A DNA stretch of 64,000 nt from Chthoniobacter flavus (lineage in GTDB: Bacteria > Verrucomicrobiota > Verrucomicrobiia > Chthoniobacterales > JACTMZ01): assembly GCA_945871065.1 (NCBI GenBank), contig CAMBUL010000003.1, forward strand, positions 269 through 64,268, written 5' to 3'. Numbering within the stretch: the stretch's first letter is position 1; the number at the start of each line of letters is the position of its first letter. The notes under the pieces are model-generated. The model saw only the letters and a program-made list of their open reading frames with translations, ran no database searches and was not told the origin of the DNA. A program made the position numbers and the translations under genes. Below are positions 56,281 through 64,000 of the stretch, piece by piece.

Positions 56281-57254
56281 GCACGGGGGTCCGGACAGCG
56301 TTTGTGCTTTGCGCGGGTTGGGGTGAGCGATTGCAACCGCTGACCGACCAGATTCCCAAGCCGCTCGTCCCGATTTGCGGCCTTCCGCTCTGCGAGTTTG
56401 CCTTGGCGCGCCTTGCGGCGGCGGGCGTGGAGCGCATCGTGATCAACACGCACCGTTTGCCCGACCAATTCATTCGTCTTTTTCCGGAATACCCCCATCC
56501 TTCGCGCTACGCTGGGGTGCCTGTGTTTTTCCGCCACGAACCGGTCCTCTTGGACACCGCCGGCGGCCTGAAAAATGTGGAGGATCTCCTGCTGCCCGGC
56601 CCGGTGCTGGTCCACAACGGGGACATCCTTGCCGAGTTGGACCTTGCAGCCCTGATGTCCGCGCACCACCACAGCGGCGCACTTTGCACTCTGGCCCTGC
56701 GGAGCAACGGGGGACCTCTGCAGGTCGGCTTCGATGCGGCGAGTGGATGGGTTACCGATATCCGCGGGGAGCTTGGTTCGGGTGACCCGCGTTTTCTTTA
56801 CACCGGCGTCTGCGTCGTTGCGCCGGAGTTGCTCTCCCGTATTCCCTGCGGGCAACCACTGTCCTTTGTTCCCGTCTGGCTCGAAGCACTGCGCGCGGGT
56901 GAAGTCATCGCCGGTGTGGTGCTTGATCGCGGGGTGTGGCGCGACATCGGCAATCTCGGCGAATACTTGCGCATCCACGCCGATTTGGCCTCGGGCGAAG
57001 TCGAGGTTATCCCGCCGCCGACCGCGCCAACCGGCTGGCCTTTATGGCGCATGCCCGGCGCGCGGGTGGCACCTGATGCCGAGCTATCCGGGTGGAATTG
57101 GCTGGGGCCGGACTGTGAGGTGGGGGCGGGGGCGCGGGTCAGTCAATCGGTCCTCTGGGCCGGTTCTAAGGTGCTGTCGCATGCGGTGGTGGCAAACACC
57201 GTGGTGCGCGAGGGTATGCTGGCCGAAGGACGGATTGAAGGATCGGCGGTATGA
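56277..57254 (+). CDS. Sugar-1-phosphate nucleotidyltransferase (MurU-like)
   Basis: VLCAG.GERLQPLT...PKPL, E..LL.TAGG, YTG, W.DIG. Confidence 0.85.
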   Translation: MSTGVRTAFVLCAGWGERLQPLTDQIPKPLVPICGLPLCEFALARLAAAGVERIVINTHRLPDQFIRLFPEYPHPSRYAGVPVFFRHEPVLLDTAGGLKNVEDLLLPGPVLVHNGDILAELDLAALMSAHHHSGALCTLALRSNGGPLQVGFDAASGWVTDIRGELGSGDPRFLYTGVCVVAPELLSRIPCGQPLSFVPVWLEALRAGEVIAGVVLDRGVWRDIGNLGEYLRIHADLASGEVEVIPPPTAPTGWPLWRMPGARVAPDAELSGWNWLGPDCEVGAGARVSQSVLWAGSKVLSHAVVANTVVREGMLAEGRIEGSAV

Positions 57255-58210
57255 GAGAGATTTTCGAATGGGTCGAGTCGGTCTGTCCCGCCGCTTCGGG
57301 CGGCGAGTGGACCCCGGTCAGCCACGGCGGTTCCGACCGCCGATTCTGGCGCGGCTCCGGCCGTGCTGCAGGTTTGGTCGCGGTGCATTATGGCGCGGAA
57401 AAAGCCGAGAATGGCCGCTATGCGCCTTGCGCAGATTTCCTCCATCGTCACGGAGTGCGGGTGCCGGCGGTGTTGGCTCATGATGGCCGATGGCGGCGCA
57501 TTCTCATGGAGGATGCCGGAGCGAAGGATCTCTGGTCCCACCGCGAGGAGAGGTGGACGGTTCGACGCGAACTTTATAGCCAGGCCCTCGCGCAGCTGGC
57601 GCGGATGCATGCGCTCGATCTGCGCGAAGCTGATGGCGGGCAAGTGCTGAGCGAACCCTTCGACCAAGACCTCTATCTTTGGGAGCAGGAGTACTTTTTC
57701 GGGAACTTTCTCGGCGCGGAAAAAGCGGCTGCCGCGCGCGCCGCGGTGCCGATGGTTGTGCAGGCGCGGCAATTGGCGGCGCGGCCCCGGGTCCTGGTAC
57801 ATCGCGATTTCCAATCCCAGAATGTCATGGTGAAGGACGGCCAAGTGACACTGATCGATTTCCAGGGAATGCGCGCCGGACTGGGGGGATACGATGTGGC
57901 GTCGCTTCTTTACGATCCGTATGTGGCATTGAGCGCGGAGGAGCGCGGGGAGTTGTCCGATGTTTACGCTGCCCTGGCCGGACGCCAGGACTCCGACGTC
58001 TGGCAGGCCGAACTCGAAGCCTGTGCACGACAACGGCTGATGCAAGCTCTGGGCGCTTACGGGTTTCTCGGTGTGCAGAAGGGAAAGCCGGCCTTTCTCC
58101 AATACATTCCCGTGGCCTCCGAGCGCCTTGCCGTCCTGTGCGAAAAGAACAAAGAGTGGCACCCGCTGGCGCCTACCGTGCGCGAGGCGGCGCGAAACTT
58201 TTTATCATGA
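57251..58210 (+). CDS. APH-family anomeric sugar kinase (AmgK-like)
   Basis: GGSDRRFWR, MEDAG...L, VHRDF.S.N.M, IDFQG...G...YD.ASLL.DPY. Confidence 0.85.
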   Translation: MREIFEWVESVCPAASGGEWTPVSHGGSDRRFWRGSGRAAGLVAVHYGAEKAENGRYAPCADFLHRHGVRVPAVLAHDGRWRRILMEDAGAKDLWSHREERWTVRRELYSQALAQLARMHALDLREADGGQVLSEPFDQDLYLWEQEYFFGNFLGAEKAAAARAAVPMVVQARQLAARPRVLVHRDFQSQNVMVKDGQVTLIDFQGMRAGLGGYDVASLLYDPYVALSAEERGELSDVYAALAGRQDSDVWQAELEACARQRLMQALGAYGFLGVQKGKPAFLQYIPVASERLAVLCEKNKEWHPLAPTVREAARNFLS

Positions 58211-60159
58211 AGAAGACCGCTGTTGTCATCGAAAACGTGCAGCCCTTGCTGGACTGCGGGCGCTATGCCATCAAGTGCCTGGTCGGCGACCCGGTGAGGA
58301 TCACGGCGGACATCTACAAGGACGGACACGATGTCATTGCCGCGGCCCTCAAGTGGCGGATGCGTGGAGCCATGCGTTGGCACGAGGTGCCGATGCAGCA
58401 CGAGGGCAACGACGTTTGGTCGGGGTCTTTTGCCGTGAGCACAATCGGGGATTGCGAATACACGGTGGAGGCATGGCTGGATGGTTACGAGACGTGGCGG
58501 GAGGAATTCCGGCGCAAATATGAGGGTGGGCAGGAAGCCCTATCCTCTGAGGCGCGGGAGGGAGCGCATCTTTTGGAGTATGGCGCGCGGCGCACAGCGG
58601 GCAAAGCCGCAGCGCAGACCTTGCGCAAAGCAGCCAAATCCTTGGCTGCCGCTTCTCGTGACGCAGCCGCGGCTTTGGCCGCGCAGAAAGATTTATCCGA
58701 CTTGATGGCTCGCGTACCAGACCGTGCGATCGGCAGTGAATTTCGTCCGCATGGCCGTATCATGGTCGAGCGCCAAGCCGCACTATTCGCCGCGTGGTAT
58801 GAATTTTTTCCGCGGTCCGCGGAAGGGCGCGGCGACAAGGGTTCGACCTTCCGGGATTGTCTGCCGCGTTTGGATGACGCCATGGCGATGGGCTTCAGCG
58901 TGGTCTACTTTCCGCCCATCCATCCCATCGGCACCAGCAAGCGTAAAGGGCGCAGCAATGCGCTGGAATGCGAACCGGGCGAGCCGGGCGTGCCGTATGC
59001 CATCGGCAATCGGCACCAGGGTTGCCCCCACGGCGGCGGGCATCGGGATGTGGCACCGGAACTCGGAACGCTGGAAGATTTCGAGTGGCTGGTTGGCGAG
59101 GCCCGGAAGCGCGGTCTGGAGATTGCGCTGGATTTCGCTTTGAACTGCTCGCCCGACCATCCCTATGTGGCGGACCATCCGGAATGGTTCTTCCACCGCC
59201 CGGACGGGACAATCAAGTACGCTGAGAACCCTCCGAAAAAATACGAGGACGTCTATCCGCTGGATTACCACTGCACCGACTGGAAGGCGTTATGGGGCGA
59301 ATTGAAGAGCGTGATTTTGTGGTGGGCGGAGCGCGGGGTGCGCACCTTCCGGGTCGACAATCCGCACACCAAGCCGGTGGCGTTCTGGGAGTGGCTCATT
59401 GCGGAAACCCGCGCCGAGTTTCCCGACCTTGTTTTTCTTAGCGAGGCCTTCACCAAACCGAAAATGATGCGCGTGCTGGCCAAGGCCGGTTTCTCGCAGA
59501 GCTACACTTATTTCACCTGGCGCAATACAAAGCAGGAATTGACCGACTACTTCACCGAACTGACCGCGGCGTGGTCGGCGCACTACTTTCGTCCGAATCT
59601 TTTCACCAACACACCCGACATCCTGCCTTTGTTCCTCCAGCAACCGGGTCGCACCCCCTTTATGATCCGCGCCGTGCTCGCCGCAACGCTCTCCCCGGTT
59701 TACGGGATCTACAGTGGTTTTGAGTTGTGCGAAAATGCGGCGTTGCCCGGGCGGGAGGAATACCTCGACAGCGAGAAATACCAGTTCAAGCAACGCGACT
59801 GGAATGCACCCGGCCATATCAAGGAACTGATCACGCGGTTGAATCACGCCCGCCAAGGACACCCCGCGCTCCAGCATCTGGCCAATCTGCGTTTCCACCC
59901 CGCGGAGAACGACAACGTTCTCTTTTACGTCAAAACGACGGGAGACAACCTTTTGCTTATCGTGGTCAACCTAGACCCCGACAACACCCAGGCCGCGGCC
60001 GTGGAGTGGCCGCTCTGGGAGTACGGACTCGCTTGGGATGCGGACTATGTGGTCGAGGATCTGCTCACGGGCGAACGCTGGACTTGGCACGGAGCGCGCA
60101 ATTATGTGGCGCTGGATCCCTCTGTGCGGGTGGCCCACGTCTTCCGTCTGGCCCGTTGA
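58207..60159 (+). CDS. glgE: Alpha-1,4-glucan:maltose-1-phosphate maltosyltransferase
   Basis: WYEFFPRS, PPIHPIG...RKG, KYAENPPKKY.D.YP, FRVDNPHTKP, EAFT, NSEKY-like DSEKY. Confidence 0.95.
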   Translation: MKKTAVVIENVQPLLDCGRYAIKCLVGDPVRITADIYKDGHDVIAAALKWRMRGAMRWHEVPMQHEGNDVWSGSFAVSTIGDCEYTVEAWLDGYETWREEFRRKYEGGQEALSSEAREGAHLLEYGARRTAGKAAAQTLRKAAKSLAAASRDAAAALAAQKDLSDLMARVPDRAIGSEFRPHGRIMVERQAALFAAWYEFFPRSAEGRGDKGSTFRDCLPRLDDAMAMGFSVVYFPPIHPIGTSKRKGRSNALECEPGEPGVPYAIGNRHQGCPHGGGHRDVAPELGTLEDFEWLVGEARKRGLEIALDFALNCSPDHPYVADHPEWFFHRPDGTIKYAENPPKKYEDVYPLDYHCTDWKALWGELKSVILWWAERGVRTFRVDNPHTKPVAFWEWLIAETRAEFPDLVFLSEAFTKPKMMRVLAKAGFSQSYTYFTWRNTKQELTDYFTELTAAWSAHYFRPNLFTNTPDILPLFLQQPGRTPFMIRAVLAATLSPVYGIYSGFELCENAALPGREEYLDSEKYQFKQRDWNAPGHIKELITRLNHARQGHPALQHLANLRFHPAENDNVLFYVKTTGDNLLLIVVNLDPDNTQAAAVEWPLWEYGLAWDADYVVEDLLTGERWTWHGARNYVALDPSVRVAHVFRLAR

Positions 60160-60227
60160 GGGCCAACTCCGGCGTTGCCTTGGCGTCCGTTTGACTTTAA
60201 GCAGTCCTCTTTCATTCGCCGCAACCT

Positions 60228-61193
60228 ATGGGCAAGTTTTACAATAACATCGTCGAAACCGTCGGCCGCACGCCGCTGGTCAAGCTCAACCGCGTCAGCG
60301 AAGGCGCGGGTGCAACCGTGGCGGTCAAATGCGAATTCTTCAACCCTCTCGGCAGCGTCAAGGATCGCATCGGCATGGCAATGATCCAGGACGCCGAATC
60401 CAAGGGCCTTTTGAAAAAGGGCATGATTATTGTCGAACCGACCAGCGGCAACACGGGCATTGCCCTCGCCTTCGTCGCGGCGGCCAAGGGATACAAATTG
60501 ATTCTGACCATGCCTGAAACGATGAGCCTCGAGCGCCGCACTTTGCTGGCCATGCTCGGTGCGGATCTCGTGCTCACTCCCGGTCCGGAGGGCATGAAGG
60601 GCGCGATTGGCAAGGCGGAGGAAATTCTCAAGAACACCCCGAACGGCTGGATGCCGCAGCAGTTCAAAAACCCGGCTAACCCGGAAATCCATGCCAAGAC
60701 AACGGCGGAGGAGATTTGGGACGACACGGAGGGCAAGGTTGATATTTTTGTCTCGGCCGTCGGCACCGGCGGCACCTGCACGGGGGTTGGCGAGGTACTG
60801 AAAAAACGCCGGCCCGGGGTGAAAATTGTCGCGGTCGAGCCGAAGGACTCACCAGTTATCACCCAAACGCGTGCGGGCGAGGCGCTCAAACCCGGGCCTC
60901 ATAAAATCCAGGGTACTGGCGCGGGGTTCGTGCCCGACAACTTGCATCTCGACGTGGTGGACGAAGTGCTCACCGTGTCGAACGATGATGCTTTCGCCAT
61001 GGCCCGCCGGCTGGCCAAGGAGGAGGGGATCCTCGGCGGGATTAGTTCGGGCGCCAATGTCCATGCCGCGCTCGAGTTGGCCCATCGTCCGGAAAACAAA
61101 GGCAAACTTATTGTCACCATAGCCTGCTCGACCGGCGAACGTTACCTTAGCACGCCCCTGGCCGACGAAGCACGGGCTGCCGCAACCGTCTAA
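60228..61193 (+). CDS. cysK: Cysteine synthase A
   Basis: [48 protein letters not shown]. Confidence 0.95.
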   Translation: MGKFYNNIVETVGRTPLVKLNRVSEGAGATVAVKCEFFNPLGSVKDRIGMAMIQDAESKGLLKKGMIIVEPTSGNTGIALAFVAAAKGYKLILTMPETMSLERRTLLAMLGADLVLTPGPEGMKGAIGKAEEILKNTPNGWMPQQFKNPANPEIHAKTTAEEIWDDTEGKVDIFVSAVGTGGTCTGVGEVLKKRRPGVKIVAVEPKDSPVITQTRAGEALKPGPHKIQGTGAGFVPDNLHLDVVDEVLTVSNDDAFAMARRLAKEEGILGGISSGANVHAALELAHRPENKGKLIVTIACSTGERYLSTPLADEARAAATV

Positions 61194-61197
61194 AGCC

Positions 61198-61860
61198 ATG
61201 GAATCGCCGCGCCCATCTGTCCTTTTGCCCGCCGTCGATCCGGCACTCGAAATGAGCGGAAGCGATCTTTTCTGGCAGGAGCATTGGAAAAAATTCGCGG
61301 GGGGACTCATTTTGGTTGTCCTGCTCATCCTAGCGGCCGGAGCGTGGAGCTTTTGGCAGTCGCAACATCGCAGTGCGGCGGAAGCGCTCTACAGCGCCTC
61401 CGCCGGTCCGGAGGGGTGGCGCGAGGTATTGGTCAAATTTCCCGGTACGGTTGCCGCCGGCAATGCACAGCTGCGCTTAGCCGAGGCTCTCCGGACAGAG
61501 GGTAAGGCTGATGAGGCCGCGTCCACCCTGGAAACTTTTGTTGCCGCGCAGCCCGAACATCCGCTGGCTCCGGTCGGTTGGCTTTCCCTCGGGGAAATTC
61601 GCCAAATGCAGAAAAATGATGCCGCCGCCCTAGAGGCCTTCCGCACGGCCTCGGGAAAATACGGGTCCTCTTATGCTGCTCCCATGGCCTTGCTGGCCGA
61701 AGCCCGGCTGCTTATCGCCGGTGGAAGCCGGGGAGAAGCCAAAGCGGTACTGGAGTCGATTGGTACTTCTTATCCCCAGACCCCCGCGGCCATGATCGCG
61801 GCAGGCGAACTTTCCATGTTCGAGGCGCCTGCCGGAATGCCGCCTTCCTCCGGACCCTAG
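61198..61860 (+). CDS. Membrane-anchored TPR protein (YfgM-like)
   Basis: TM helix followed by A..LY, YP.T..A-type TPR repeats. Confidence 0.75.
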   Translation: MESPRPSVLLPAVDPALEMSGSDLFWQEHWKKFAGGLILVVLLILAAGAWSFWQSQHRSAAEALYSASAGPEGWREVLVKFPGTVAAGNAQLRLAEALRTEGKADEAASTLETFVAAQPEHPLAPVGWLSLGEIRQMQKNDAAALEAFRTASGKYGSSYAAPMALLAEARLLIAGGSRGEAKAVLESIGTSYPQTPAAMIAAGELSMFEAPAGMPPSSGP

Positions 61861-62921
61861 CGGGCAGAGGCCGTCAGCAAGCAGGCCGTTTCGATCGAGG
61901 CGGTCTGCGGGAACATATCGACCGGTGCCGCCCGGACGAGTTCGTATCCGGTGGCCAAACGCGACAAATCACGGGCCAAGGTCGCCGGATCGCATGACAC
62001 GTAAATCACACGGGCCGGCCGGGCGCCGAGCAGGATGTCAATGACACCGGGTTCCAGGCCTTGGGCCGGGGGATCGAGGAGGACAACGGTTGTCGCGGCG
62101 GGACCGAGGGCCGCCGACAGCAACTCGGCCGTGTCACCTATACGATAGTCCTCGTGAGCCTCGGCGTCTTGCGCCGCCGCGGTGACGGACCTTTCGTCCC
62201 AATCGAGGCCGATGACGCGCCTGAACGAGGTCCGCAGCTTTTTGGCGAAGAAACCGGCCCCGCAATACGCATCGACGAGTAACTCGCCGGATCCGGCCAT
62301 TTCGACGACGACCGCCGCGAGGATTTCGGCCGCGCCGGCGTTGACTTGGCGGAAGCCCCGTGCTTCCGGATTGGCGCGCAACGTCGCGGGTCCCGGACGC
62401 CAATATCTTTTCGCCCGCAAGTGGGCCAGGGCTGCATTGACCGCCTCGCCGGCCAGCAGGCAACGGTCGAGGTCGATAACTTCGCGCGGATCGGTGCCGC
62501 GGAACCCGATGTCGGGTGGCTCGACATGCACGGTAATGCGGTTGCGGTAACCGTAGTCGAGCGGCGAAGGGAGCGCAGGTTCGACCGGTGGGTCGGTAAA
62601 CTTGCCGATGCGGCGCAAAGCTTCGTCGACCTGCCCGCTTTTGATCCCGAGTTGTCGCGGATAAGCAATGTGCTGGTAGGCACAACCGCCGCAGCGGGTG
62701 AACCAAGGGCAAGGAGGCGTCACGCGGTCGGGCGAGGGGGTTGTCACTTTGACCAACTGCGCCTGTGCCCAGCCGCGCCGGACACGCGTGATGCGGGCGC
62801 GCACTTGCTCGCCCGGAATGGTGAAGGGCACGAAGACCACACACCCTTCGTGCCGTGCGAGTCCGGCGCCACCGTAAGTGATGCTGACAATCTCCAGTTC
62901 AAGTTCCAGGCCGGGTTTCAC
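61857..62921 (-). CDS. TRAM-domain class I RNA (uracil-5) methyltransferase, RlmD/TrmA family
   Basis: CPWFTRCGGC, GF.QVN, DAYCG.G.F, DPP..GL, YVSCDP.TLARD, DMFPQT. Confidence 0.9.
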   Translation of the reverse strand: MKPGLELELEIVSITYGGAGLARHEGCVVFVPFTIPGEQVRARITRVRRGWAQAQLVKVTTPSPDRVTPPCPWFTRCGGCAYQHIAYPRQLGIKSGQVDEALRRIGKFTDPPVEPALPSPLDYGYRNRITVHVEPPDIGFRGTDPREVIDLDRCLLAGEAVNAALAHLRAKRYWRPGPATLRANPEARGFRQVNAGAAEILAAVVVEMAGSGELLVDAYCGAGFFAKKLRTSFRRVIGLDWDERSVTAAAQDAEAHEDYRIGDTAELLSAALGPAATTVVLLDPPAQGLEPGVIDILLGARPARVIYVSCDPATLARDLSRLATGYELVRAAPVDMFPQTASIETACLLTASAR

Positions 62922-62992
62922 GGCAAGGATGATGGCCGGTGGCTGGCGCCATGGCGATGGACTTTACACCGCTCCGCGTCCAAAATCAGGCG

Positions 62993-63436
62993 ATGCCAAC
63001 CAAGTTCCCGCGCAGCCCTTATGACCGCGAGGGTGGTTTGGTTTACTTCCCGCGCATGATCGGAAAAATCAGGATGCACATGGCTGGTGACTTGCCGTCC
63101 GATTACCATGCCAATCTGGGGTCCGGCTTCGATCTTCGTTGCTGCGAGTTCCTCAATGTCGATTATGCCACGCTTGCCGCCAAGGTGCGGGAAGGCGGAT
63201 CGGATGGAGATTTGCTCGGATGGTGTTTCGCCACGGGACGTCGTCCGCAGGAGGGCGAAATTTTCATGTGGAACGAGTACTTGCGCAAGTGCGGCTGGAA
63301 CGACCATTACTCCGAGCGTCTGCGGACCCGTCTGGAGGGCCTCGGGATGGCGGGGCGCCTCGACGTCCAGACCTTATTCGACCTGATCGAGGTCGACGAA
63401 GGGCGTCAACCCGGCGGCCCAAGCGCCGTCGGCTGA
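62993..63436 (+). CDS. DUF5069-like protein
   Basis: PRSP....GG..YF.RM..KIR....G.LP.DY...G.D...C.FL.VDY. Confidence 0.75.
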   Translation: MPTKFPRSPYDREGGLVYFPRMIGKIRMHMAGDLPSDYHANLGSGFDLRCCEFLNVDYATLAAKVREGGSDGDLLGWCFATGRRPQEGEIFMWNEYLRKCGWNDHYSERLRTRLEGLGMAGRLDVQTLFDLIEVDEGRQPGGPSAVG

Positions 63437-63442
63437 AGCGGC

Positions 63443-64000
63443 ATGCCTGCCACCCGGTCCCTCTGGCGCGGGAGACTCGCGTTGCTGGCCACCGTGGTCA
63501 TTTGGTCGAGTCCCCCGGTCTTCCAATACTGGTTGGCCGGGGCTTTTGATGTATGGACCCAGAACTTCTACCGCTACCTCGCTGGCTTCCTCGTCATGGC
63601 GCCATTCTTCGGGTGGAGGCTTTGGCGCGCACCCGGGCGCCTGCCGCTTTCCGATTGGGCCGGATGCGCGGCGGCGGCGGTGCCGAATGTGGTCCATCAA
63701 GTCGCCCAGACCGCGGCAGTTGTCGTGCTCCTGCCTGGCATTTACGCGCTCTTCGGGCGCTTTTCGGTGGTCATCACCGCGGTGCTCGCCGTGGTTTTCT
63801 TCCCGGACGAACGGTGGATCGCGCGCAGTTTGAAATTCATCCTCGGCACCGTCTTGGCCCTGACCGGGGTGGCCGCGCTGGTTCTCGACGCCGGCCAGCA
63901 GTTCGCGGGAGACGCGCGCTGGATCGGCCTGGGATGGGCTTTGCTCGCCGCCACCGGGTGGGCCGTTTACGGCATCCTCGTGAAGAAGTTCACCGCGCGA
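63443..64000 (+). CDS. DMT/EamA-family transporter (runs off window end)
   Basis: Open frame from ATG 63443 to the window end; hydrophobic TM pattern VIWSS...YRY... Confidence 0.8.
   Translation, partial: MPATRSLWRGRLALLATVVIWSSPPVFQYWLAGAFDVWTQNFYRYLAGFLVMAPFFGWRLWRAPGRLPLSDWAGCAAAAVPNVVHQVAQTAAVVVLLPGIYALFGRFSVVITAVLAVVFFPDERWIARSLKFILGTVLALTGVAALVLDAGQQFAGDARWIGLGWALLAATGWAVYGILVKKFTAR

Overview
GC-rich bacterial chromosomal window, most likely Verrucomicrobiota (Spartobacteria/Chthoniobacterales-like). This is inferred from a PEP-CTERM protein, fused SecDF, alpha2-type GlyRS, DapL and the intergenic repeat types. It is mostly housekeeping: tmRNA, sigma54-driven amtB-PII, pxpBCA, rpsU, CBS-PPase, three Na+ symporters, yajC-secDF-terC, purC-xerD, dapL, Mn-type SOD, glyQS, mutL, murU/amgK-like genes, glgE, cysK and an RlmD-like methylase. 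No tRNA, rRNA, CRISPR or prophage was seen. Accessory highlights: (1) a CutF/CruR-like signal-peptide, Cys-rich, PPPR-ending upstream ORF followed by a stem-loop and an unannotated 43-aa secreted metallothionein-like peptide; (2) a HigBA toxin-antitoxin plus chimeric PEP-CTERM gene with an in-frame TAG, bounded by a perfect 14-bp inverted repeat; (3) a lipoprotein / atypical kinase / REP-associated tyrosine transposase (RAYT) unit with overlapping start/stop codons, the RAYT bracketed by its REP hairpins; (4) an AAA-wHTH-nuclease gene with its own inverted-repeat operator, between direct repeats; (5) at least five distinct REP-like families and three TA modules. Family assignments come from motif recognition by eye, not from database searches.
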